Source of the DNA: Octopus sinensis
Taxonomy: Eukaryota
DNA: 64,000 nt
NCBI RefSeq assembly: GCF_006345805.1
Contig: NC_043003.1
Location: forward strand, 49,910,001-49,974,000
Reading direction: 5' to 3'
Part shown: piece by piece, positions 1-12,810 of the stretch
Layout of the letters: the number at the start of each line of letters is the position of its first letter
Position numbering within the stretch: the stretch's first letter is position 1
The notes under the pieces: model-generated
Seen by the model: the letters and a program-made list of their open reading frames with translations, nothing else
Databases searched by the model: none
What the model was told of the DNA's origin: nothing
Made by a program: the position numbers and the translations under genes

Positions 1-166
1 GGATGTACATGTAATATGCTTTGCAATTTCTTCATATTCATGGAGAAATATCTGTCTCTACCCGAAAATGTCTAGTATCTCTAGAATGTAAAAAAAAGTA
101 AAAGGTGAAGTAATACAAGCGGGTGCACACATACACACGCATGCTCACAGAAGGATACACGCTATC

Positions 167-177
167 TATCTATCCAA

Positions 178-261
<84 letters not shown>

Positions 262-547
262 TCATACATACATTTTTATATCTCTTAGGCATAGCGATAC
301 TAAAACTAGATGTTATATACTTATGCTTTAAAATGAAACCTTTGGCGAGAACATGATTCCGAGTTCAGTCCTACTGCGTGGCATCTTGGGCAATTGTCTT
401 CCACTATAGCCTCAGGCAAAAGCATTGCTAGTGGACTTAGTAGACAGAAACTATTAGAAGCCCGTCGTATGTGTGTGTGTGTGTTTGTGTGCATGTGTGT
501 GTATATCCAACCACGTGGTTTCACATACCAACTCTCACACCTATATG

Positions 548-578
<31 letters not shown>

Positions 579-589
579 TTATATATATA

Positions 590-630
<41 letters not shown>

Positions 631-643
631 ATATATATAATAT

Positions 644-695
<52 letters not shown>
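167..695. repeat. (TATC)n and (TA)n microsatellites flanking a partial SINE family A head (~340-500)
   Basis: Pure TATC run 167-260 and TA run ~545-693. The intervening sequence matches the 5' part of the SINE copy at 11025-11441. Confidence 0.85.
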
Positions 696-696
<1 letters not shown>

Positions 697-2108
697 ATCC
701 AAGGAAAAAAACAATTTCCTTCAAAGAGATGGAAAACATCTAATTTTCATCGGTACTTCAGTCGAATACCACAATATAGTAGAGAAAAAATCCGAACTTA
801 AAATGGTATAATTTCAGTATATAAATATTAAAGGAAATAGAGAAATACAATTGACATATTAAAAATTTATTAACATTATAATATAATATAATATGATTAT
901 GCTATAAAATGATATGATATAATATAACAAATAAATTTATTAAATATACATCTCACAATTTGTTTCGAGACATATCCACTGATGAATTTATAAAAATTCA
1001 CGTTTATGAATATGAGTCTCGTCAGGGTAATATTTGTCTAACAAATAGTCAAAAGTTTCATGCAAAGACTGCTAAATCATAAAATAGACTGATTTAAAAT
1101 ATAACTATGTTTACAAGCGTTAATAATTTAAAAATATAATAGATATAATAAAAACAAAACAAAATTCAAATATAGAAAATAAATTAAATAAACAAAACAA
1201 TTACAACGGTCATAAAATGTTCATATGCATCTTTAACAATATTAATCTAAAATAATCACTGATCATTTTTATTATATAATAAAATCCATATAATATTCTA
1301 AGAATTTATGGTGGAGTAGGAAATATATTTTATTTAAAATTTCTATATACTATGATGAAAAATAAATACGGATATATTTTATCCAGATACTAAATTCATT
1401 AAAAAAGCATTTAATAAACGATTCATTAATTCAAGAGTTTCTTCTAAATACGCCAAAGTTAAACAAATGTATAAAGATGCGATTATTATAAACTATACTA
1501 TTTCTTACATAAAAACAATAATGATATATAGATAAATTATCAGAATTTTACTTAATTTTGCAGAAGGAAATAAATTAGAGTGAACCAATAGTTTTATGAT
1601 TCTATAATTTTTATGTGCATACAAGTTCGAAAGAATATAATATGATACTAAATATCATTGGGTCTACAAGAAATATTCATATATGCATAATTATTAAATA
1701 TATATATATATAATTATATTTAAAAATTATTTTAATCTATTTATGTGTGCTAATATAAACATTATTCTTAGTAAATAACAAGTAAAAAACACAAATTTAC
1801 TTAGTTTATCAGAGGAAAATACCACTGTAAATCAATGTTTATATAAGTATATATTCATTCGTGTATAAATATATAAACATGTAAAAATACATACGCAATG
1901 TTTATAATGAGTCGAAACAAATTGTAGGATACATATTGGTTTTAAACATTTGTTACATTATATTATATTATAGTATATCATATTATATCCGTTTATAGTA
2001 TAATTATATTATATTATAATGTTAATAAATTTTTAATATGTCAATTATATTTCTTTCTTTCCTTTAATATATATATATATATATTCTCTCCCTGTTTATT
2101 TCTGTGTT

Positions 2109-2146
2109 TCTTTCTGTCGAAGAGCGTAGGCTCGAAACGTAAAAGA
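2109..2146 (+). ncRNA. Minimal type I hammerhead ribozyme-like motif (Penelope pLTR type), variant core CUGUCGA
   Basis: TCTTT-CTGTCGA-A-GAGC(GTAG)GCTC-GAAA-C-GTA-AAAGA: 5-bp stem I, 4-bp stem II, palindromic ACGT stem III, GUA cleavage triplet. Related copies at 3231-3268, 19948-19980 and 38941-38979(-). Confidence 0.6.
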
Positions 2147-2217
2147 CTTTCTCACTTCTCGAGCGTTAAACTAATGCATCTGTTTCTTGTTTACACAACC
2201 GTCTTCGTCTAAAAAAA

Positions 2218-2988
2218 TGATGTTAGTTCGAGAATTAACGTAAATCCCTATGTGCGGATATTCTTGCACAAGTTCCCGCTGCAGCTGTTCTTCTGAGTAC
2301 TGATGAGACTCACTTCCAAATCAATGGAAACATAAACAAGCAGAATTTTCGCTATTGAGTTGAACATAAGTCTCATAAACTCCACGAAAGACCGTTTCAT
2401 TCTCTTCGTGTAAATGTTTGGTGTGCAGTTGCCAATTTTGGAGCCATCGGCTCATACTGTTTTTAAAGAAGGTGTTGAAACAGTAACAGTTACCTCTGGC
2501 CTGTACATTGAAATGTTGAAGGATTTTTTGCACCCTAAACTGGACAGGTTGGATACCGAACATCTATTGTTTCAACGGGTTGGATACCGAACATCTATTG
2601 TTTCACGGCTCATACAACACGACGTTCGCTTGGAGAGTTAAAGGAAATGTTTCCTGGGCATTTGATTTCTTTGATGGAAGACGTGGGGTGGCCGGCAAGG
2701 TCACCAGATTTAAGCCATTGTGACGTTTCCCCCGAACTCTTGGGGATTTGAAAGTATTTGTGTGGAAATCAATGCAATATCAACTGAAATAACATAGAGA
2801 GTCATGAAAAATTTCCGGGAACGACTGCATCAACCTATTACCAGCAACGACCGCCATTTGCCTAATATAGATTTTAAAACCCAGCAAAATAAACTGTTTT
2901 TTTTCCAAAACAATAAATTTTTTCCTGGATGGCTGTGTTCGCTTTTTATATTCATTCACAATGTGAGAGATTTTTATGCCCCACCCTG
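2218..2988 (+). mobile_element. Decayed Tc1/mariner transposon, DD41D (rosa-like) transposase, 3' two-thirds plus right TIR
   Basis: Manual translation across stops and frameshifts gives TDETHFQINGNINKQNFRY..RPFHSLRVNVWCAV..TVTVTSGLYIEMLKDFLHPKL..AHTTRRSLGELKEMFPGHLIS..WPARSPDLSHCD. Spacing is consistent with D-41-D once the missing GAT is restored. It ends in ...CCCCACCCTG before a TA run. Confidence 0.85.
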
Positions 2989-2990
2989 TG

Positions 2991-3045
<55 letters not shown>

Positions 3046-3118
3046 TTTCTTTATTGGCCACACAGGGCTGCACACAGATGGGACAAGTTACAAGGTAGAG
3101 CTTTTGGGGATGAAAACA

Positions 3119-3180
<62 letters not shown>

Positions 3181-3230
3181 CGTTAGCACCTACACGCATT
3201 TTTTTCTTTCCTTGTTTTTTTTTCTGTGTA

Positions 3231-3268
3231 TCTTTCTGTCGAAGAGCGTAGACTCAAAACGTAAAAGA
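3231..3268 (+). ncRNA. Degenerate copy of the hammerhead-like motif in a Penelope-like terminal fragment (~3185-3365)
   Basis: TCTTT CTGTCGA A GAGC GTAG ACTC AAAAC GTA AAAGA; differs from the 2109 copy by two G>A changes. Confidence 0.45.
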
Positions 3269-3399
3269 CTTTTTCTATTTCTATTCCTGAGCGCTATACT
3301 AATACATTCGTTTGTTTGTACTCCACCTAACTTCATTTGTTTATTTTCGTAAACTTTCCCGTTATATATATACATAAATGTATAATGTCTATATATCTA

Positions 3400-3534
<135 letters not shown>

Positions 3535-3549
3535 CCTTTCACTATTGAA

Positions 3550-3925
3550 TCTCTCTCTATATAAACGGCAGTTTGTCTGTGCGTGTTTCTGTGTGTCTGT
3601 TTTCTCGTACCCTCACCCTGACCACGGCTTTCAACCGATTCTGATGAAACTTGACACACACATAGCCCAATGTCATAATTCAAAACTAACGCAGCGAAAA
3701 TTTTGAAAAGTTCCCCCAGTTCTGAAAAAAATCGATAAATTCGACATGGGGTCGAGAATAAAAAAAACAACCACAGACTGTCTAGGGGACGCAACTCAAC
3801 CTTTTATTACTCTCAAAAAAAAATTTACCATCATTTTTTTTCCATTTTTTGGCTATAACTCTCTAAAAATGCTTTATATAGTTATTTCCCTTACAAACCT
3901 GAGCAACGCCGGGCGATACTGCTAG
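3550..3925 (+). mobile_element. Non-autonomous Helitron, copy 1
   Basis: 5' TC(TCTCTCTATATAAA), 3' GC-rich subterminal GAGCAACGCCGGGCG..CTAG, inserted between A and T with no TSD. Near-identical copy at 5772-6151. An uninterrupted version of the target lies at 6297-6339. Confidence 0.85.
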
Positions 3926-3951
3926 TTGTTTAATAGAGGTTTCCTCTAAAT

Positions 3952-3989
<38 letters not shown>

Positions 3990-3997
3990 CATAAATT

Positions 3998-5668
3998 AGA
4001 GTCAATCTATTTTATTCGTTGTATTTCACTTTCCTTCAGTTAAATGTGTGTTGATTCTAGTTGGAAACGGATCTTCTGTGGTTGCTTCGGAGCTATTTTT
4101 AGCACTAGAGTTATCCACATAGTGGATGACTCTCTAATAATTTATGTATAAATTTGTATTTCCTCCGTAGATTTTTCACCCTCATTTATAATTTTATAAA
4201 TTTAACTACGCGGCAGTCAATATTTTATTTGATGCGGCATACGTTTCCAATGGAGTCTAGGCATGCTTTTGGCGCGGAATTTGAGACATAACTAAAAATG
4301 TAATTGGTTGGACCGCTCGTGTTTTTGACGCCCGAATCGATCTAATTAATTGCATTTCTGACAAACTCTACCGAAGATTTATAGATGCAAGTGTAAGTAA
4401 AACTACATATTGCATTAGTAATGAAACAATTGTATAGAGTCAATCTATTTTATTATTCGTTGTATTTCAATTTCCTTCAGTTAAATGTGTGTTGATTCTA
4501 GTGGAAACGGATCTTCTGTGGTTGCTTCTTCGGAGCTATTTTTAGCACTAGAGTTATCCACATAGTGGATGACTCTCTAATAATTTATGTATAAATTTGT
4601 ATTTCCTCCGTAGTTTTTTGTGCTAAGCCACTTGGTGTTAAATGACGGTATTATTAAATTAATATCGATTTTTCACCCTCATTTATAATTTTTAAAATTT
4701 AACTACGCGGCAGTCAATATTTTATTTGATGCGGCATACGTTTCCAATGGAGTCTAGGCATGCTTTTGGCGCGGAATTTGAGACATAACTAAAAATGTAA
4801 TTGGTTGGTTGACCGCTCGTGTTTTTGACGCCCGAATCGATCTAATTAATTGCATTTCTGACAACTCTACCGAAGATTTATAGATGCAAGTGTAAGTAAA
4901 ACTACATATTGCATTAGTAATGAAACAATTGTATAGAGTCAATCTATTTTATATCGTTGTATTTCACTTTCCTTCAGTTAAATGTGTGTTGATTCTAGTT
5001 GGAAACGGATCTTCTGTGGTTGCTTCGGAGCTATTTTTAGCACTAGAGTTATCCACATAGTGGATGACTCTCTAATAATTATGTATAAATTTGTATTTCC
5101 TCCGTAGTTTTTTGTGCTAAGCCACTTGGTGTTAATTGACGGTATTATTAAATTAATATCGATTTTTCACCTCATTTATAATTTTATAAATTTAACTACG
5201 CGGCAGTCAATATTTTATTTGATGCGGCATACGTTTCCAATGGAGTCTAGGCATGCTTTTGGCGCGGAATTTGAGACATAACTAAAAATGTAATTGGTTG
5301 GACCGCTCGTGTTTTTGACGCCCGAATCGATCTAATTAATTGCATTTCTGACAAACTCTACCGAAGATTTATAGATGCAAGTGTAAGTAAAACTACATAT
5401 TGCATTAGTAATGAAACATTGTATAGAGTCAATCTATTTTATTCGTTGTATTTCACTTTCCTTCAGTTAAATGTGTGTTGATTCTAGTTGGAAACGGATC
5501 TTCTGTGGTTGCTTCGGAGCTATTTTTAGCACTAGAGTTATCCACATAGTGGATGACTCTCTAATAATTTATGTATAAATTTGTATTTCCTCCGTAGTTT
5601 TTTGTGCTAAGCCACTTGGTGTTAAATTGACGGTATTATTAAATTAATATCGATTTTTCACCCTCATT

Positions 5669-5679
<11 letters not shown>
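3998..5679. repeat. Tandem array of ~3.5 copies of a ~440-500 bp unit
   Basis: Unit starts AGAGTCAATCTATTTT at 3998, 4436, 4935 and 5425. The first unit lacks a ~50-bp segment, and copies differ mainly by small indels. Confidence 0.95.
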
Positions 5680-5724
<45 letters not shown>

Positions 5725-5725
5725 G

Positions 5726-5771
<46 letters not shown>

Positions 5772-5772
<1 letters not shown>

Positions 5773-6151
5773 CTCTCTATATAAACGGCAGTTTGTCTGT
5801 GCGTTTTCTGTGTGTCTGTTTTCTCGTACCCTCACTCTGACCACGGCTTTCAACCGATTCTGATGAAACTTGACACACACATAGCCCAATGTCATATTCA
5901 AACTAACGCAGCGCGAAATTTTGAAAAGTTCCCCCAGTTCTGAAAAAAATCGATGAATTCGACATGGGATCGAGAATCAGAAACCCAAACCACAGACCGT
6001 CTAGGGGACGCAACTCCACCTTTTTTAACTCTCAAAAAAAATTTACCATCATTTTTTTTCCATTTTTTGCTATTTTTTGGCTATAACTCTCTAAAAATGC
6101 TTTATAGTTATTTCCCTTACAAACCTGAGCAACGCCGGGCGATACTGCTAG
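5772..6151 (+). mobile_element. Non-autonomous Helitron, copy 2
   Basis: Same TC...CTAG ends and body as 3550-3925; A|T insertion context. Confidence 0.85.
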
Positions 6152-6265
6152 TATACTATAAAAAAGATTATTCTAAAAATAGAGTACATAAACATTAAAT
6201 ATTATTTACTATTTACTATTTATTGTTTATGTACTCTATTTTTAGAATAATCTTTCTATAGTATA
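6152..6265. repeat. Inverted repeat, ~43-bp arms, ~29-bp spacer
   Basis: 6152-6194 is the reverse complement of 6224-6265 apart from one indel/mismatch site. Confidence 0.9.
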
Positions 6266-6421
6266 TTTAATCTTTTCTATATGGTGTGAATAACGTCTTT
6301 CACTATTGAATTATTTAATAGAGATTTTTCTCTAAATTTTATATATATATCATATTTTGTGAAATGTGATTTAGAATTGCTAAATTGAATTTTTCCCTGT
6401 AAGTTTTTAAATTATATTCCC

Positions 6422-6529
<108 letters not shown>

Positions 6530-7472
6530 CATTATTATTATTATTATATTATTATTATTATTATTATATGTATTTGTTATACGACGGGGTTCCGCTCACA
6601 AGGCATTGGTTGGCGCAGGACTATAATAGAAGGCACCTGTCCAAGATGCTGGGCAGATGGGCTGCAATTGAAACCACACGGATGTGAAGCGAGCTTCTTA
6701 ATTACACAGCCGTATCTATGTATGGATATATCTCCATTTCAATTTCTCATCCTTTCTTCTCTTCGTATATACATTCCTGTAGAATGAACGTGTATAAGAT
6801 TATGTGCATGCTTGCGGAAGATTATTCAATGTCTGTATGCATATTTCTAACATATAATGTGTGTGCATATATGTCCCTATGAACATACATATATATATGT
6901 GTGTGTGTGTGTGTGAGTGTGTGTGTGAAAAGACTAAAAGTAAAAAGGGGGCAGGAAGAGATGTTTACTGAAAATATAGGGGAGTGTGTTGATAGTTTTA
7001 CTGTATACTTATGCATGTGTGTATATATATATATATATATACATTTATTTATTTTATATATTTTTATTTATATATATACATATATATATTTCCTTGTATT
7101 TATACAAATATATAAATGTATAGACATATATATAAGCTTTTACAAACATATACATTCATATGTACAAACTTTACATACGTACGGACATACATACATACAT
7201 AGATAGGTACATACTTATATACATAGACACCACGAGTATACATTGAAGCAGAGTTATTACGTGAGAACCAATCTTGCTTTTGAAGTGGGAAGAATTCATT
7301 GCCAGAACTGCAGTTAGCAATTTGATGTGCCTGGCAAAGTTATATGCTACAAATTCTCTCATTATTTTTTTCCCTTAAGACATTTACAAAATCATCTTAG
7401 TTGAAATGAAATTTTGAAAATGGCAGAAAAACATCAATAGTACCAACACCAAGAACAACAAAAAATAATATA

Positions 7473-7534
<62 letters not shown>

Positions 7535-8199
7535 CAACAACAACAACAATAATAATAGTGATGTAAACATTACATATGCACATATATACAGGCGACCACC
7601 TACACAGCTAAAGCTATACATATATATACATAGATATATATGTGTGTGTCAAACAACACACGCACACGCATATATGTGTATATATATGTATGGCTGTCTA
7701 CATTTGTTATATATGAATACACACACTCACACGCGCACACACACATGCACACACACACGCACACATATGCGTATGTATAAATATGTGAAATATGTATATG
7801 TATACACGTTCACAAACATTTATACATATATGTTCTTATATGTCTATACATATATATTAATACGCATATATACATACATATACACATACATATGTATATT
7901 ATATATATTATATATTATATATATATATCTATATACACACATGTGTGTGTGTGTGTGTAACTAATAGATTTTCAAACTAATGAAAGAGTAAAATGCTACC
8001 TTTCACATTTCATCTTTGACCTCTGCTATTTAAAACAATATGGTGAAGAAATTTAGGAAATTTGCCAATTTGCTGAAACGGATAAGAATTGCCAACTGTT
8101 TTATTCGCCTGGGGTATTATCACCTGGAGAAATTACATATATATATACATATTCATGAATGTATATATATATTTGTATGTATGTATATATGTATATATG

Positions 8200-8233
<34 letters not shown>

Positions 8234-8840
8234 TATGTGTATATATATGTGTGTATATATCTAGCTTATCGGTATTTTGGCTAAGATCAAAGTGTAGTAT
8301 ACGAAGTGTAATGTACACACACATACAAATACATGCACACACACACACACACACATACACACACACATAGGCACACACACATATATATACTTGGATGTTT
8401 ATGTATACGCATATGTGTATAAATTTCTCTCTATCTATATCTATCTATCTCTTTATATACACATATATATATGCATATATATATTTGTATATCTATACAT
8501 GTGTGCGTATATTCGAATCAATATATATATAAATATATAAATATATATATGGATGGATATATTTATATATGTATATAAGTTTATATATGCATATTACACA
8601 CATGTATATATATATACATAAGTGTGTGTAGGTATATGTGTATACGTGCGTACATATATATATACACACACACACACTTACTTTCGCCCATTGCACGCTT
8701 GATATTCATCCAATCCTGTTTAAATTACAGTATACGGTACAAAACTTACCAAACCCTTGTAGCTTTTATGGAAAGTTTTCCTGTGGTAATGTCGGTGATG
8801 GAAGTGCTAAGTGCTAACAGCAACAGCAGTAGCTGTAGTA

Positions 8841-8887
<47 letters not shown>

Positions 8888-9553
8888 AGTAGTAGTAGTA
8901 GTTTTTGTTAATGATGACAGTAGATGTCTTCTCGCTTCTAGTGATTGTTATTCTCGTTGTTTAACTTCAGCTCACTTCTTTCGTAACAGATCGGTACACA
9001 GAGTAGTTCCAACCATGGCCATCACGTTCTTTTCTCATTTAAAGCATAGCTAGGACTACATCAACCTATGTGTCCGTTCTTTTTCAAAGCAATAGTTTAA
9101 CTATTTCTTGCTGGTCAGACGCCTCCTCATACACGATCATTGTGTCATTAAAATCACCATTAAAATGTAGCTTACTTCACATGTACACAATGTCGATAGG
9201 CCTGTATGATACATAGATGACTAGTTTAATTAAATACTACCTCATTTTCTAAATTGGATTGTGTTGGTATTCTTTTTGTTGTTATCATTATTATGTTTAT
9301 GTAGTCCAATCTCACCCCTAATCAAACAGATTAAAGGCATTCTAACTACAGCCATTTAATTTTTAGGCAAAATGCATGTATAACTATATTTTCCATTGTG
9401 CCCCTTTTTTTAAAATGGCAGTACTTCTAGCGAATACGTGTCTCATACACTGATACACATTCAAACTTACATATTTTATCCTCTCTCTCTCTCTCTCAGC
9501 TTCCGAAACCAAACAATTCCTTCACTGTTTGTCTTTATGTTTTGCTAAAGAAT

Positions 9554-10350
9554 CACATGATTCGTGGACCCTGTGGAGAACAGAATATAACGTCGCCTTG
9601 AATGTTAAATAGACGCTATAGCAAGTTCCGTTAGTTCCGTTCATAAACATTAATCGCTGTCGACTGTTCATCGACGAGTCCCTACTGAAGACTAAAACTG
9701 CTAGGAACAGCGTAAATTGGAAACAGGGATATCGATGTGGATAATCGACATGTAATGCCCTACATTGCTTGCTTGCTTAAAAAATATGAATCCTACATCA
9801 ATGCTGAATGGTGTACATCGATCAAAGTTATCGATTATATATACATAAATACATGTTCAAAGGCGCAGATTATTCAGCAATTACGCTCCAAAAACAAAAA
9901 TAGAAAAACAAAAAGAACTATTTCGTCTTGTTATCTGTGAAGCAAGATACCATTAATAAGAAAACTGTTGGTACCTTGTATCGTCTGAATTGTGGAGATT
10001 TCAAATTCCGCTTTAGTAAAATAATCCTTCCTTGAATGTCTTCAGATTTACATGACCACTCAATAACAAATATTTGATCCGAACAACACGGAAAATGCCC
10101 TTCGACAAGTTCATTCAACGAAGCTCACAACTTATTTTGATAAAAACACCGAAGATCCAAGAGCGAGAAATATCCCACATTGCAACTTCCTTGAACAGTA
10201 AACGTGGTAGTCATCGAATAAAACTTAGCGAGGAACAAGACAGTCAGAAGAAATATCAGGGATCATTTGTAGAGTACGTATATTTCGTCCATTCGTCTCA
10301 CGGATTCTCTCACATTTCTGCGTAAAACTTAACTTGTCAAATGATTCACT
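9554..10350 (+). mobile_element. Decayed Helitron RepHel fragment (Rep C-terminal region and linker)
   Basis: HMIRGPCGEQN..SP*M, DNRHVMPYIACLLKKYESYINAEWCTSIKVIDYIY and ENALRQVHSTKLTTYFDKNTEDPRAR match the HGPCG / DNRxVVPYN..KY..HINVE / LT.YF..N..D..AR motifs of Helitron Rep. Multiple stops and frameshifts. Confidence 0.85.
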
Positions 10351-10424
10351 AATATTTTGATCGTAAGACTTTTATATGAAAACATTTTTGTATCTTCAGT
10401 TTCATATAAATTAATATATAATCT

Positions 10425-10806
10425 GGAGGCGCAATGACCCAGTGGTTAGGGCAGCGGACTCGCGGTCATACGATCGCGGTTTCAATTCCCAGACCGGGCG
10501 TTGTGAGTGTTTATTGAGCGAAAACACCTAAAAACTCCACGAGCCTCCGGCAGGGGATGGTGGTGATCCCTGCTGTACTCTTTCACCACAACTTTCTCTC
10601 ACTCTTACTTCCTGTTTCTGTTGTACCTGTATTTCAAGGGGCCGGCCTTGTCACTCTCTGTGTCACGCTGAGTATCCCCGAGAACTACGTTAAGGGTGCA
10701 CGTGTCTGTGGAGTGCTCAGCCACTTACACGTGAATTTCACGAGCAGGCTGTTCCGTTGATTCGGATCAACCGGAACCCTCATCGTCGTAACCGACGGAG
10801 TGCTTC
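10425..10806 (+). mobile_element. tRNA-derived SINE, head B with tail Y
   Basis: A/B-box head GGAGGCGCAATGACCCAGTGGTTAG..GGTTTCAATTCCC; 3' module shared with 40092-40417. Confidence 0.8.
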
Positions 10807-11024
10807 CACAATATATAATCCGGTGCAAACATAACAGACCCCTTATTGTTCTGTGGAACAGGGAACAAAAGTCATGCACTGTTATTCCATCAAACGACCA
10901 GTTAAAAGAGAACAATTATGGGGAATTAATGGGGAACTTTTACGTCTTGTATTCTGACTATGAATTCTCATTCGTACCTATCACCATAGGCGCGTTAGAT
11001 CAAAAACCAACAAATTTTCACAAA

Positions 11025-11441
11025 AGGAGTGGCTGTGTGGTAAGTAGCTTGCTTACCAACCACATGGTTCCGGGTTCAGTCCCACTGCATGGCACCTAGG
11101 GCAAGTGTCTTCTAATATAGCCTCGGGCCGACCAAAGCCTTGTGAGTGGATTTGGTAGACAGAAACTGAAAGAAGCCCGTAATATATATATATGTATGGA
11201 TATATGTATGTGTGTGTGTGTGTGTGTGTTTGTGCCTGTGTTTGTCCCCACAACATCACTTGACAACCGATGGTGGTGTGTTTACGTTCCCATAACTCAG
11301 CGGTTCGGCAAAAGAGATCGATTGAATAAGTACTAGGCTTACAAAGAATAAGTCCTAGGGTCGATTTGCTCGACTAAAGGAAGTACTCCAGCATGGCCGC
11401 AGTCAAAATGACTGAAACAAGTAAAAGAGTAAAGAGTAAAG
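11025..11441 (+). mobile_element. Full-length SINE family A (tRNA-like head, CORE-like segment, internal microsatellite, (AAAGAGT)n tail)
   Basis: Other copies at approximately 16976-17390, 19662-20280(-), 23185-23620, 26760-26980, 34150-34390(-), 36165-36505, 39740-40070, 41490-42005, 60527-60625(-) and 62165-62560(-). Confidence 0.85.
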
Positions 11442-11749
11442 ATTATACTAGGTTTTTCGAAGGAAGAGCAAAAGAAACTGACACGGATTCTCCAAATCCA
11501 ATCTATTAGTGGCACAGTTGTGATTTGTAAGACATTCCAAAGATTTTTCATCTGAGTTTCTTTAGATGATTAAATGCACACACTTGGGTGTGTGCATCGA
11601 AAACTCAATCAACATACCAACTCAACCATTATATTTAGAAACACTTGAGAAGTCAATCAACTCAAAAAGTCTTGTCGCTTTGTTAGCGACCGGCTTGAAC
11701 TCTCTTCAGAAGAGTTAAAGAGCTTAAAGAAACTAAAAAAATACATGCA

Positions 11750-11790
<41 letters not shown>

Positions 11791-12106
11791 TGTGAGCACG
11801 TATACATACATATATTATCATTTCTTCAATATGTCGGTAAGCGGGGGATGTCTTTACTTGTCTTCACACGAACTCCTCTTGGACAAAAAACGGTTTTTGT
11901 TCATGTCCCTTGACGATAAGTAAATCGATTTCGATAAATACTATGGGTCGGATATTTATTACATTACCTTACACACATACTTATAACAGATTTCACACAC
12001 TCTACAACAATAGTTTGTAGAACATTTCAATATTTAAGCACATAAATTGAAACTCACGCCTTTTGTCTGTCTGTCTCTGAATATATATTTATGTGTGTTC
12101 GTGTTG

Positions 12107-12142
<36 letters not shown>

Positions 12143-12669
12143 TTATCTACAAATTCATAGACAGGGAGACAGTGAAAGACATCCCCACACACATCCCCAC
12201 ATACATAAAAACACCTACATCCACCAAAACCTACCAGTAACTAGAATTAGTAATGAAAAGTTCATTTATATAAATGCATGAAAATGTTAATAATTGTGTT
12301 TACTCCGAAACTATAGATTTTGCACTGTCTGTTGACACATTAATATATCTATTTTATAATGTATATATACATATACATATAAATAGCTCACGTCATAAAA
12401 TATTTAAATTTAATATTGATGTCTGCCTGTGTGTTTGTCAATATATCTATATGTGTGTGTCTATGTATATATATATGACGTAATATAATATAATAATAAA
12501 TATATATATTCATACACACACATATATATGTATATACATATATATACATTCATATATACATACACACCCTATATATATATATACATATATATATATACAT
12601 ACATGGATAAAATATCATGTATGTTTATCTCAATACGATGTGCGAGTATAAATATATATAAGTATATTA

Positions 12670-12724
<55 letters not shown>

Positions 12725-12775
12725 CACATACATAATCATCATATGGATAAATAAAGACATATATTTGCACACACA

Positions 12776-12810
<35 letters not shown>

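Noticed and set aside
960-1030. CTGACGAGAC...GTCTCGAAAC on the minus strand resembling a hammerhead
   Set aside because: Stem II pairing would consume core residues, and stems I and III are not formed.
10425-10500. tRNA genes at SINE heads
   Set aside because: They have A/B boxes but no complete cloverleaf or terminator, and they continue into SINE bodies.
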